Source: Pirellula staleyi DSM 6068 (GTDB taxonomy: Bacteria; Planctomycetota; Planctomycetia; Pirellulales; Pirellulaceae). From it: a stretch of 32,000 nucleotides of DNA. The notes beneath the pieces were generated by a model, which was not told where the DNA came from, ran no database searches, and worked only from the letters and a program-made list of their open reading frames with translations. The stretch spans positions 2,160,001-2,192,000 of the forward strand of contig CP001848.1 in assembly GCA_000025185.1 (NCBI GenBank), given 5' to 3'. Below, piece by piece: positions 7,701 to 16,784 of the stretch (the stretch's first letter is position 1; the number at the start of each line of letters is the position of its first letter). The position numbers and the translations under genes were made by a program.

Positions 7701-10219
7701 GCTTACGCCGCTACACCGTTCGCGCCATGCAGCAGCGCCCTGGTCGCACGATCCTCACGGTGCTGAGCATCGTGATTGGTGTTGCTGCTGTGGTGGCTGT
7801 TTCGCTGGTCACCAGCACCACCCGCCGCGCTTATGCCGAGATGTTTGCGACCGTGAATGGTCGCACCGCACTCGAAGTGCGCGGTGAAGGGGGAGCAGGC
7901 TTCTCGCAAGATGTGCTGGCGAAAGTTGCCGCCGTCGACGGTGTCTCGGCCGCTGTGCCGCTCCTCAAGCGTCCCACGCGCCTCACTTATGGCGAAAAAC
8001 AAGCGCGCCTTGAAGTGCTGGGGATCGACCCCAAGATTGATAACGCGATTCGCGATTTTCGAATCGTCGAAGGTCGTCAGGTGGAATTTGGTGACGAGAT
8101 CGTCCTCGAGTACGACTTCGCACAAGACATGGGCATCAACGTTGGCGATTCGGTAAAAATCGTCAGCATGGTCCTCAAGCCGGTCACCGTGGTGGGACTC
8201 GTGAAGCCGCAAGGAAGCAGTTCGCTGCAAGCCTCGGCTGTCGCTTGCATGACGATCGGTCGCGCCCAAACGCGCTTCAATCCACGCGGACGCAAAGACC
8301 TGATCGATGCCGTGCAGATCGCACTTCGCGAAGGGGTCGACCAAAAAGAAGTGCAGTCCCGTATTGAGCTCGCCCTGGCCGATCGCAAAGGGGTCTACTG
8401 CCGACCTCCCGTCACCAACACCCAGCTCATGCAAGAGACGTTGATGTCGAGCGAGCAAGGGCTCAGGCTTGCCAGCGCCTTTTCGCTGCTCCTCTCGGCC
8501 TTCATCATCCTCAACACGTTCATGATGAATGTGGGGGAACGTCGCCGTCACATGGCGATCATGCGTGCCGTGGGAGCCACCGGCTCGCAGCTGATGACCG
8601 CCATCCTGGTGGAAAGTTTATTGCTCGGCCTTGTCGGAACAATCATCGGCTTGGCGGCAGGCTATCTCGGCGCACAGGTGGTGAATCAAACGCTCGCCCG
8701 CGTCTTGGAGTTCACACCACCCCCCACAGAGTTCAAGATTCAGCCGTACATCATTGCCTCGGCTTTTGGGCTCGGCATGTCGCTGATCGGTGCGTTCCTG
8801 CCTGCTTGGCGGGCCGGTAAGGTCTCGGCTCTGGAAGGGCTCAGCCGCGTTTCGAAGGAAGATACGGAAGGTTTCCCCATCTGGTCGATGATTTTCGGTT
8901 TCCTTTTGGCCGTGGTGAGTGGCGGTGTTTCGATGGCGGTGATTCTCGGCAAACTGCCGCTCGAATACGGCACTTTTTCGGCGGTCGGTTTGCAACTCGG
9001 CCTCGTGCTGATGATTCCGCTGGTGCTCGTGCCGCTCGCACGAATGGTGGTGTTGATGCTGCGTCCTTTCATGCGTGTAGAAGCGGAACTGGCACTGCGT
9101 CAGGTGCTTCGCCACCGGGGACGTTCGACCCTCACGATCGGTGTGCTGTTTGTCGCCGGTAGCACCGGTGTGGGGATGGCCAACTCCATCCTCGATAACG
9201 TGAAAGATGTACGCGACTGGTCGAAGCAAGCGATTGTTGGCGACTACTTCATTCGCGCACTGATGCCCGACATGGGAACTGGTCTCTCCCCCGACTTGCC
9301 CGATGCTCTGGGTGACGAACTGCAAAACATCCCCGCGATTAAGCACCTCGACCGTGTGGCGTTTGTCGAATGCCGTGCTGGTGAATTCAATCCGATTGTG
9401 GTGACCCGACAGTACGACGATATCGACAAGCCAAACATCGACTTGGTATCGGGGGACCGCAGCACGTTTGTAAAGCAACTGCACGACGGCGAAATCGCGG
9501 TCAGCTCGGTGCTGGCACAGCGCATGAATCTCACAGCTGGCAGCATCATGACGCTCGAAACGCTCAATGGCCCGCAGCAATTTCGGGTCGCTGCACTGGT
9601 CAACGAATACTCGGCCGGTGGCATGGTGGTGCTGATGCAGCGCGATGTGGCCCATCGTACACTCGGCGTGGAAGGGGTGGATGCCTACGTGATTCAGGCT
9701 GAGCCCGCCCAGCTCGAACCTCTCAAAGCAGAACTGCAGGCCCTCTGCAAAAAATACGATGTACTGCTCCATTCGCATGCGGCGATTGGCAATCGGATCG
9801 ACACGATTGTCGGTGGCATCGACGGCTGTCTTTGGGCCCTTGTACTCCTCGGATTTGTCGTCGCCGCGTTTGGTGTCGTGAATACGCTGACGATGAACGT
9901 GCTCGAACAGACGCGCGAACTGGGGCTCTTGCGAATCGTGGCGATGACCTGCAATCAAGTTCGCAAAACGATCATCGCGCAAGCGCTCATCATGGGAGGC
10001 GTAGGGATTCCACCCGGGATCGTCGTGGGGGTTCTCTCAGCCTACGTCATGAACATGTCGATGATGCCCGTCTTCGGACATCCCGTGGAGTTCAACCTGC
10101 ATCCGACGATGCTCCTCACCACGCTCGTCGGCTCGCTAGCGATCATCCTTGTCGCTTCGTGGATTCCAGCGCACCGGGCCACACAAGTGAACGTGGTTGA
10201 AGCTCTGCACTACGAGTAA
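7697..10219 (+). CDS. FtsX-family ABC permease (YbbP/MacB-like, two FtsX modules)
   Basis: 840 aa. There is an ATGA start/stop overlap with the ATPase gene at 7697-7700. FtsX motifs are MAIMRAVGATGSQLMTAILVESLLLGLVGTIIGL and LGLLRIVAMTCNQVRKTIIAQALIMGGVG. Two extracytoplasmic domains lie between the TM bundles. Confidence 0.85.
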   Translation: MSLRRYTVRAMQQRPGRTILTVLSIVIGVAAVVAVSLVTSTTRRAYAEMFATVNGRTALEVRGEGGAGFSQDVLAKVAAVDGVSAAVPLLKRPTRLTYGEKQARLEVLGIDPKIDNAIRDFRIVEGRQVEFGDEIVLEYDFAQDMGINVGDSVKIVSMVLKPVTVVGLVKPQGSSSLQASAVACMTIGRAQTRFNPRGRKDLIDAVQIALREGVDQKEVQSRIELALADRKGVYCRPPVTNTQLMQETLMSSEQGLRLASAFSLLLSAFIILNTFMMNVGERRRHMAIMRAVGATGSQLMTAILVESLLLGLVGTIIGLAAGYLGAQVVNQTLARVLEFTPPPTEFKIQPYIIASAFGLGMSLIGAFLPAWRAGKVSALEGLSRVSKEDTEGFPIWSMIFGFLLAVVSGGVSMAVILGKLPLEYGTFSAVGLQLGLVLMIPLVLVPLARMVVLMLRPFMRVEAELALRQVLRHRGRSTLTIGVLFVAGSTGVGMANSILDNVKDVRDWSKQAIVGDYFIRALMPDMGTGLSPDLPDALGDELQNIPAIKHLDRVAFVECRAGEFNPIVVTRQYDDIDKPNIDLVSGDRSTFVKQLHDGEIAVSSVLAQRMNLTAGSIMTLETLNGPQQFRVAALVNEYSAGGMVVLMQRDVAHRTLGVEGVDAYVIQAEPAQLEPLKAELQALCKKYDVLLHSHAAIGNRIDTIVGGIDGCLWALVLLGFVVAAFGVVNTLTMNVLEQTRELGLLRIVAMTCNQVRKTIIAQALIMGGVGIPPGIVVGVLSAYVMNMSMMPVFGHPVEFNLHPTMLLTTLVGSLAIILVASWIPAHRATQVNVVEALHYE

Positions 10220-10255
10220 TCGCGCAGGCCAGTAGTGAGAAGTCGCAGCGGCTGG

Positions 10256-11167
10256 TTACGGCAACTGCGGCAACAGGCCGAGCAGGAATTTAGCGAGCTG
10301 CGAGCCTCGCTTGGTGGCATCTTGGCGCAGCTTCCACATATCAGTGGCGCTGCTGGGACGCTTCAAGATCGCAGCGGCTGCTGCGCCGAGTTTTCCCGCA
10401 AAGGTAGGCTGACCGAGCAGCCTCGCCACTTCGGGTGGAAGTTCATCCCCCGCACCATCGGTGATCACACGCACGCTGATCAGATGGGTCTTCATGCGGG
10501 CACAAACTTCCGCGACCGCAAAGGTTTCCATGTCGCAGGCAACGGCCCCAAACGTTTCGAACGCAGCTTTCTTTTCCTTCGGGGAAAACAGCACGCGGTC
10601 GCTCGAGAGCAACGTCCCGACATGCATGCCAGCCGGGAGCGGCGAAGGGGGCTTCATGCCGAGCGACAGCTTCTCGCTCTCGGGAGTCATCACGTGATCG
10701 GCCAGGATGATATCTCCCTGACGAACCGCTGGATCAAGGCCTCCCGCGAACCCGGCCGAGATGACCCACTTCGGTCGGTGGTATTCAATCACACTCATCG
10801 CCGCAGCGCGTGCTAGTTTGGGTCCTGCGCCGGTTTCGATGATCACCACTTCGCGCTCGAGCAGCTTCCCCGCATGCTCGCGAAAATGGTCGATCGAAAC
10901 CGATTCGCGCTGCTTCAGTTGATCGGTCAGATCTTGGCACTCCATGTCGAGCGCAAAGAGCATCGCCACATCGCATGGCAGAGCAGGTGCCGGCTCCGCA
11001 GGTTCGCTCTCCGGCTGTGGCGGATTGTCGCTGCCAGAGTCGCTAGGAGTGTTTCCCATGGCGCTGGCCACCTGCTGCGATGCAACATCACGCAGGTAGT
11101 TCTCGAGCAAATACCGGAGCAGCATCAAACCGACTTTCTTACGCGTACGATCCCTCAGCGTTCGCAT
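10256..11167 (-). CDS. hpnG: Hopanoid-associated nucleoside phosphorylase-family protein (adenosylhopane nucleosidase HpnG-like)
   Basis: PNP_UDP_1-type core (VVIIETGAGPKLA, ISAGFAGGLD, ACDMETFAVAEV). It lies immediately downstream of hpnH and shc on the same strand. The start is uncertain: ATG 11167 gives an N-terminal extension of about 63 aa, and M37 is an alternative. Confidence 0.7.
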   Translation of the reverse strand: MRTLRDRTRKKVGLMLLRYLLENYLRDVASQQVASAMGNTPSDSGSDNPPQPESEPAEPAPALPCDVAMLFALDMECQDLTDQLKQRESVSIDHFREHAGKLLEREVVIIETGAGPKLARAAAMSVIEYHRPKWVISAGFAGGLDPAVRQGDIILADHVMTPESEKLSLGMKPPSPLPAGMHVGTLLSSDRVLFSPKEKKAAFETFGAVACDMETFAVAEVCARMKTHLISVRVITDGAGDELPPEVARLLGQPTFAGKLGAAAAAILKRPSSATDMWKLRQDATKRGSQLAKFLLGLLPQLP

Positions 11168-11206
11168 GGTGCTTGCTGAGTGGTGGCCCCAGGGCCAGCA
11201 GCGAAC

Positions 11207-12373
11207 TTACGAACTCTGGCCGCTGGTAGATCCTGCCTTCTCTCTAGTCGAACCGACTCCGACACCATTTTCAATCGAAAGGAGCTGCTTGGGGGATGAA
11301 AAATGAGGCTGAGGAACCAGCTTCTGCCCGGCCGGTGCTGCTGCTCCGTGCCCATCGTTGGGATGGCCCACCAGCATGCGCACCATCGTGCGCCACAGCC
11401 CTCGAATGCTGCCAAACGTGGCCAAAACGGCGGATGGTTCGTAGCCGCAATGCACCATGCAATCCTTGCATTTGGGGTTGCCACTCTTCACCCCATAGCG
11501 GTCCCAGGCGGTGTGCTCCATCAGTTCTTTGAACGTCGCCACATGCCCCTCGTCGAGCAGGTAGCAAGGCTTCTGCCAGCCGAAGACGTTGTAAGTGGGG
11601 CTCCCCCAAGGTGTGCATTCGAGATCGAATCGACCCGCGAGGAACTCGAGGAACAGCGGCGTTTGATTGAATCGCCACGATCGTTTCGCGCCGGAAAGGA
11701 GGGTGCGAAACAGTCCCTTGGTCTCCTCGCGCCGCAGGAAGTGCGACTGATCGGGTGCTTTTTCGTAGCTATAACCGGGGGAGATCATCATCCCTTCGAC
11801 ACCGAGTTGCATCAGCGTGTCGAAGAAGTCGCGCATCCGCGCCACATCAGCGCCAGCGAAGAGAGTGCTATTCGTAGTGACGCGAAACCCTCGCGCGCGA
11901 GCTTCTTTGATCGCAGCGATGGCAATGTCGTAGATCCCTTCGCGGCAAACAGCGGCATCATGTTCCTCGCGCGGCCCGTCGAGATGGACCGAGAAAGCGA
12001 GGTACTTCGACGGCTTAAACTTGTCGAGCGAATCGATCAATTTGATGGCGTTGGTGCAGAGGTAGACATATTTTTTTCGCGCGACAAGTCCGGCGACAAT
12101 CTCGCCGATCTGGGGATGCAGCAGAGGCTCGCCACCCGGAATCGAAACCACTGGTGCGCCGCATTCTTCAGCAGCGTGAAAGCACTGCTCGGGGGTGAGC
12201 TGTCGTCGCAGCACTTCGGCGGGATGCTGAATCTTGCCGCATCCGGCGCAGGCCAGATTGCAACGCAGCAAAGGCTCGAGCATCAGAATCAGTGGATAGC
12301 GTTTCACGCCACGCAGCTTTTTTCCCATCACATACGTGGCGATCGTATAGGCTTGCGTCCAAGGTCCAGACAT
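11207..12373 (-). CDS. hpnH: Radical SAM adenosyl-hopene transferase HpnH
   Basis: KRYPLILMLEPLLRCNLACAGCGKIQHP carries the CxxxCxxC radical-SAM cluster motif in the HpnH-typical context. I prefer ATG 12373 (MSGPWTQ...) over the track's TTG at 12394. Confidence 0.85.
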   Translation of the reverse strand: MSGPWTQAYTIATYVMGKKLRGVKRYPLILMLEPLLRCNLACAGCGKIQHPAEVLRRQLTPEQCFHAAEECGAPVVSIPGGEPLLHPQIGEIVAGLVARKKYVYLCTNAIKLIDSLDKFKPSKYLAFSVHLDGPREEHDAAVCREGIYDIAIAAIKEARARGFRVTTNSTLFAGADVARMRDFFDTLMQLGVEGMMISPGYSYEKAPDQSHFLRREETKGLFRTLLSGAKRSWRFNQTPLFLEFLAGRFDLECTPWGSPTYNVFGWQKPCYLLDEGHVATFKELMEHTAWDRYGVKSGNPKCKDCMVHCGYEPSAVLATFGSIRGLWRTMVRMLVGHPNDGHGAAAPAGQKLVPQPHFSSPKQLLSIENGVGVGSTREKAGSTSGQSS

Positions 12374-12442
12374 CGGGCTAACACTTTCCAGCAAATGAAA
12401 TCGGACGTGATCGAGGAGTCTGCGTGAATCGAGTAAGGCAAT

Positions 12443-14617
12443 TTATCGAACGAGCGAGCCTGCCCGCGAAGCGGCTGCTGGTCGCTCGGTTCCACTTAGC
12501 GATGCAGTCGATCGTGGCGCTGTTCCGCGCGATTTGGCAGCACGATATTGCCCGAGCGCCAACAGCGGGAAGTAAATCGGATAGTAGTGATACTTGAGAT
12601 AGAAAACGCGTGGGAAACCGGTTCCGGTGAACTCGTTTTCGAGCCAACTTCCGTCGGGCTGTTGCTGCTGCACCAGCCAGTTCACACCCCGCGCAACCGC
12701 AGGATGGTCGACCAGTCCTGCTGCCAAAAGTCCCAGAATCGCCCACGCTGTTTGCGATGCCGTGGGGTTCCCTTGACCTGCGAGTGAGGGATCTTCATAC
12801 GTGTCGCACGACTCTCCCCAAGCTCCTGAGGCTTGCTGATGGGCGAGGAGCCAATTTGCGCCGCGCTGAATGATCGGCTCGGTTGTCGGAACGCCGATGC
12901 CAGCGAGTCCCACCAAAGTTTGCCATGTCCCGTAGATGTAGTTCACACCCCAGCGACCGAACCAGCTCCCGTCGGCGAGCTGTGTCTTGCGGCAATAAAG
13001 AATCGCGCGTTGCACCGCGGGATGCGACTGCGGAATGTTCCACATCGCGAGCGCTTCGAGCACACGTCCAGTGAGATCGGGAGTACTCGGATCGATCATC
13101 GCGTTGTGATCGGCAAACGGAATGCGGCACAGGAATTCGCTGTCATTATCTTTGTCGAAAGCGCCCCAGCCTCCGTCCCGGTTCTGCATCGCAAGCACCC
13201 ATCGCAGTGCTCGTTCCCCGGCCGATCGCATCCATCGCCAACGGGGCGAATGATCGAAACCTGCCGAGGTTTGCTGGGTAATCCGAGGCAAAATCGAGGT
13301 ATCGCCAATCCGGTCGAGCGGGCGACGTTCGAGCGGACAGCCGCTCAAGCTGGCCATCTCTTGCATCGCAATTAGCACCATCACGCTGTCGTCGATATCA
13401 GGATAGAACTCGTTGTGATGCTCGAAGAACCAGCCGCCAGGCGGGCTGTCGCAGTTCGAAGCCCAGTCTCCCTTGCGGGTCACTTCCTTCGACAGTAGCC
13501 AACGCATGGCCGACGAAGCTTCCGGCGCGTCGACCGCCATCCCTGCGGCAGCGAGGCTGCGCAGCGTGATTGCGGTGTCCCAAACAGGGGATAAGCAAGG
13601 CTGTAGTCGCGCGGTGGTCTCCTCTTCGATCGTCAAACCCTTCAGCTGATCGAAGTTGTAAATCAGTTCGGCCGAGTGATCGCTATAGCCGAGGCACTTG
13701 AGCGCCACGATGCTCCAGACGATCGGTGGAAAGATTGCGCCGAGTCCATCGCTATGGGCAAAGCGGGTTCGCATCCAGCTGCTGGCCGCTTCGAGCGCGC
13801 GTCGGCGCAGCGGCCGCCACTTGCGCTGCTCGAGTCCCTTGATGGTGGCATCGCAGGTCTGAAAAAATCTCTCCCACGAGAGCCAACCCTTTTCGTTCTC
13901 CAGCCCCGGACACTTGGTTTGTTTCCAGTTTTCGGGATGCTCGAGCATCAGCTCTTTGATCCCCATTTCGTCGGGCAGTTTGCGAGCCGGACGATGAGCC
14001 CACATGATCGCCAGAGGGACCACAATGGTCCGCGACCAGGCACTCATTTTCGACAAATTGATGGGGAACCATTCGGGGAGCAGCACCAGCTCCGGGGGAA
14101 CTGCAGGACAGTTGTCGTACGAAATTTGACCCAGCAGCGCGAGGTAGAATCGCGTGAAGCTGTTCACCGCGTCGGCACCACCAGCAGCTCGAATCGCGCG
14201 CACGGCACGCTGCATGTATTCGGCTTGCGGATCGTGTCCGGTGATCTTCAGCGCAAAGTAAGCCTTCACGCTGCCGCTGATCTCGAGTTTGCCGCCGGGA
14301 TACATCGCCCAGCCACCTGCGGGCAACTGTTGCTCGACCAAATATGCCGCGCACTTGCGGGCGATCGTGCTGTTTTCTTTGCCGAGCCAAGCGAGCAGCA
14401 GAATGTATTCGCTTTCGAGGATCGTGTCCCCTTCGAGCTCGGCGCACCAATAGCCATCGGCATGTTGGCGCTCTTTCAGCCACTGGCTCGTGCGCAAGAT
14501 GGCGACATCCAAGCTGTCGTTTGGTGCTGCATTCTCCGACATGTTCCCCGCCATCCCGCCAGCCATCGTGCTGCGGAAATGAGGTCGTGGCACGCCCATC
14601 GGTTTGCTTTCAGACAT
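12443..14617 (-). CDS. shc: Squalene-hopene cyclase
   Basis: The catalytic DxDD motif DIDD is encoded at 13388-13399. QW-type repeats include QNRDGGWGAF, QLADGSWFGRWG, QQASGAWGE and QQPDGSWLE. The maximal ORF starts at 14662. ATG 14617 has an AGGA box upstream, and ATG 14542 is another candidate. Confidence 0.9.
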   Translation of the reverse strand: MSESKPMGVPRPHFRSTMAGGMAGNMSENAAPNDSLDVAILRTSQWLKERQHADGYWCAELEGDTILESEYILLLAWLGKENSTIARKCAAYLVEQQLPAGGWAMYPGGKLEISGSVKAYFALKITGHDPQAEYMQRAVRAIRAAGGADAVNSFTRFYLALLGQISYDNCPAVPPELVLLPEWFPINLSKMSAWSRTIVVPLAIMWAHRPARKLPDEMGIKELMLEHPENWKQTKCPGLENEKGWLSWERFFQTCDATIKGLEQRKWRPLRRRALEAASSWMRTRFAHSDGLGAIFPPIVWSIVALKCLGYSDHSAELIYNFDQLKGLTIEEETTARLQPCLSPVWDTAITLRSLAAAGMAVDAPEASSAMRWLLSKEVTRKGDWASNCDSPPGGWFFEHHNEFYPDIDDSVMVLIAMQEMASLSGCPLERRPLDRIGDTSILPRITQQTSAGFDHSPRWRWMRSAGERALRWVLAMQNRDGGWGAFDKDNDSEFLCRIPFADHNAMIDPSTPDLTGRVLEALAMWNIPQSHPAVQRAILYCRKTQLADGSWFGRWGVNYIYGTWQTLVGLAGIGVPTTEPIIQRGANWLLAHQQASGAWGESCDTYEDPSLAGQGNPTASQTAWAILGLLAAGLVDHPAVARGVNWLVQQQQPDGSWLENEFTGTGFPRVFYLKYHYYPIYFPLLALGQYRAAKSRGTAPRSTASLSGTERPAAASRAGSLVR

Positions 14618-14880
14618 CCCTATCCTCTGTCGGTCACTCGAGGTTTTCGGTCCCCATGACAAACGTCGGCAACCCTGCCAACTTAGGTCGCACCTTAGGG
14701 CAACAGTGGATACGTCACAAGTCCAAACCGCCCCTAGTCTAACGCCTATCGGGCAGGGATGTTACGTTCGCTAGCACCCTCGCTGCTGCTATTCACTCGC
14801 GAGCCGACTCGGGTACACTTCAACCATCAGGCTCCAGGTCGAGCGATATTGCCGCGAAATCCGCGAGTGCCAATTCCATC

Positions 14881-15510
14881 ATGGGACGAGTCAGCGATAC
14901 CCGCGAAAAATTGCTCGCCAGCGCGCTCAGGCTCGTGTGGCAACGCGGCTATGCGGCTGTCACCATCGAGGAAATCTGCGACGCCGCTGGGGTGCGTAAG
15001 GGAAGTTTCTACCACTTCTTTCCGACAAAAGAAGCGGTTGTGACAGCGGCCCTCGAAGAGGATTTCGCCAGCTTCCGGGCGGAACTCGATCGCATCTTCT
15101 CTTGCACAACCGCCCCGCTTACGCGACTTACCCACTTTTTCCAGCACATCACGCGACAGCAGATGGCCCTGCATAAGACGACAGGACAGCTCCTCGGCTG
15201 TCCGATTGGCAGCATCAGCTGCGAAGTGATTCCGCAGGAAAAGAAACTCTCCACCTGCATCCAAACGATTTTTGCGACCTACGAACACTACTTGGCTGCC
15301 GCCATTCGCGATGCCATCGCTGCGGGAGAACTCCCTAAACAGAACATCGCGCGACAGGCCCGGCTCCTGACAGCCTTGTTCGAAGGGATCTTGGCCCAAG
15401 CCCGCATTCACAACGATCCGGGGCTTCTGAAAAGTCTCTTGCCCGCCGTCATGAACCTGCTGGGGGCCCCTCAGAAAGTCAAACGTCGTAAGGTTGGGAA
15501 GCCCGAATAG
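14881..15510 (+). CDS. TetR/AcrR-family transcriptional regulator
   Basis: 209 aa. N-terminal HTH: TREKLLASALRLVWQRGYAAVTIEEICDAAGVRKGSFYHFFPTKEAVV. The gene is divergent from shc. Confidence 0.85.
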   Translation: MGRVSDTREKLLASALRLVWQRGYAAVTIEEICDAAGVRKGSFYHFFPTKEAVVTAALEEDFASFRAELDRIFSCTTAPLTRLTHFFQHITRQQMALHKTTGQLLGCPIGSISCEVIPQEKKLSTCIQTIFATYEHYLAAAIRDAIAAGELPKQNIARQARLLTALFEGILAQARIHNDPGLLKSLLPAVMNLLGAPQKVKRRKVGKPE

Positions 15511-15945
15511 TTGGCGCAATGGTCAACTATGCATCGACCTGGTTCAGCAGGGTAGCAAGCGACTGCCAGAACGCATCCTCTAACTCGGACATGAAAAACC
15601 TGTCCTGTGGCTTCGCAAAAGTGATCGAGCGTTGGGACGAGAAGCAAAATTCATTGAATCTTCGCTGAGCAAAGAGGCTCTAAGGGTGGAGGAGATTCCA
15701 GAACGTAAGATCGGGAAGTGAAGTCCCCACAAGCACTTCCAGACAGGAAAGACGAAGCGAAAAGCGGCCCAAGTGAAGGGCATGGGATGTGCCTGAGGCT
15801 GGCCGAGAGCGTGGCTGGTGTGAGGTGAGATTTGGCCGAACCGTGCCGAATAGTTGACTCTCGCGCTAACATTGCCCAGCAACTCCGTTACCGATAACGA
15901 TTGCAGTAGATTTCCAAACGTCGTACCTCGAAGAAAGTGACGTGA

Positions 15946-16704
15946 ATGATGGGCAGTTTCGATGGCAAGGTTGTCCTAATCACTGGTGGAACGTCTGGAA
16001 TCGGTCGCAGCACCGCTGTCGCCTTCGGCAAAGAGGGAGCGGCAGTGGTCGTGACCGGTCGACGCGAAGCCGAAGGAGCCGAGACTGTTCGACAAGTCGA
16101 AGCGGTCGGCGCCAAGGCGCTCTTCATTCAGGGGGACGTCCAAGTCGCCGCCGATGTCGAGAAAATGGTCAGCGCCACTGTCGCCAAGTTTGGTGCGGTC
16201 GATATCGCTTTCAATAACGCCGGCGTCGAAGACCCAGTTGCTCCGTTTCATCTGCAGGCCGAATCGACTTACGATCGTGGCTTCGGGGTGAATGTGAAGG
16301 GACTGTGGCTCTCGATGCAGGCCGAGATCAAGCAAATGCTGATCCAGGGGAAAGGCTCGATCATCAACACCACGTCGGTCGCGGGGGTGATTGGGTTTTC
16401 TTACAACGGGGTCTACACCGCCACCAAGCATGCGGTGATCGGCTTTACGAAGACGGCGGCGCTTGAGTATGCCAAACAAGGGATCCGTGTGAACGCTGTG
16501 GCTCCGGGGGCGATTGAAACCGACATGATCAACCGCTTTGCCAGCGACGATGCGACACGGCAAATGATTTTGTCCATGCATCCGATGGGACGGATGGGGC
16601 ACCCCGATGAGATTGCTTCCGCTGTGCTGTGGCTCGCCTCCGATGGCGCTGGTTTTGTGACCGGCACCACACTCTTCGTCGATGGTGGTTTCACCGCCTC
16701 TTAG
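15946..16704 (+). CDS. Short-chain dehydrogenase/reductase (SDR) family oxidoreductase
   Basis: Cofactor motif ITGGTSGIGRS, NNAG, and catalytic S...YTATK. Confidence 0.9.
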   Translation: MMGSFDGKVVLITGGTSGIGRSTAVAFGKEGAAVVVTGRREAEGAETVRQVEAVGAKALFIQGDVQVAADVEKMVSATVAKFGAVDIAFNNAGVEDPVAPFHLQAESTYDRGFGVNVKGLWLSMQAEIKQMLIQGKGSIINTTSVAGVIGFSYNGVYTATKHAVIGFTKTAALEYAKQGIRVNAVAPGAIETDMINRFASDDATRQMILSMHPMGRMGHPDEIASAVLWLASDGAGFVTGTTLFVDGGFTAS

Positions 16705-16784
16705 TTCCCGACAGCGATTTATCGTTTCGATTGATGTTCTTTGCCCTCGCTTTTTCGCCTCTGTTTATCGTCCAAGGTAGTTGT

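Noticed and set aside
15530-15592. A 21-codon minus-strand ORF (MSELEDAFWQSLATLLNQVDA) and a 25-codon plus-strand ORF starting at 15591, in the tetR-SDR spacer.
   Set aside because: Neither has a recognisable RBS or a homology signal I can identify. They are too short to support as genes without comparative or ribosome-profiling evidence.
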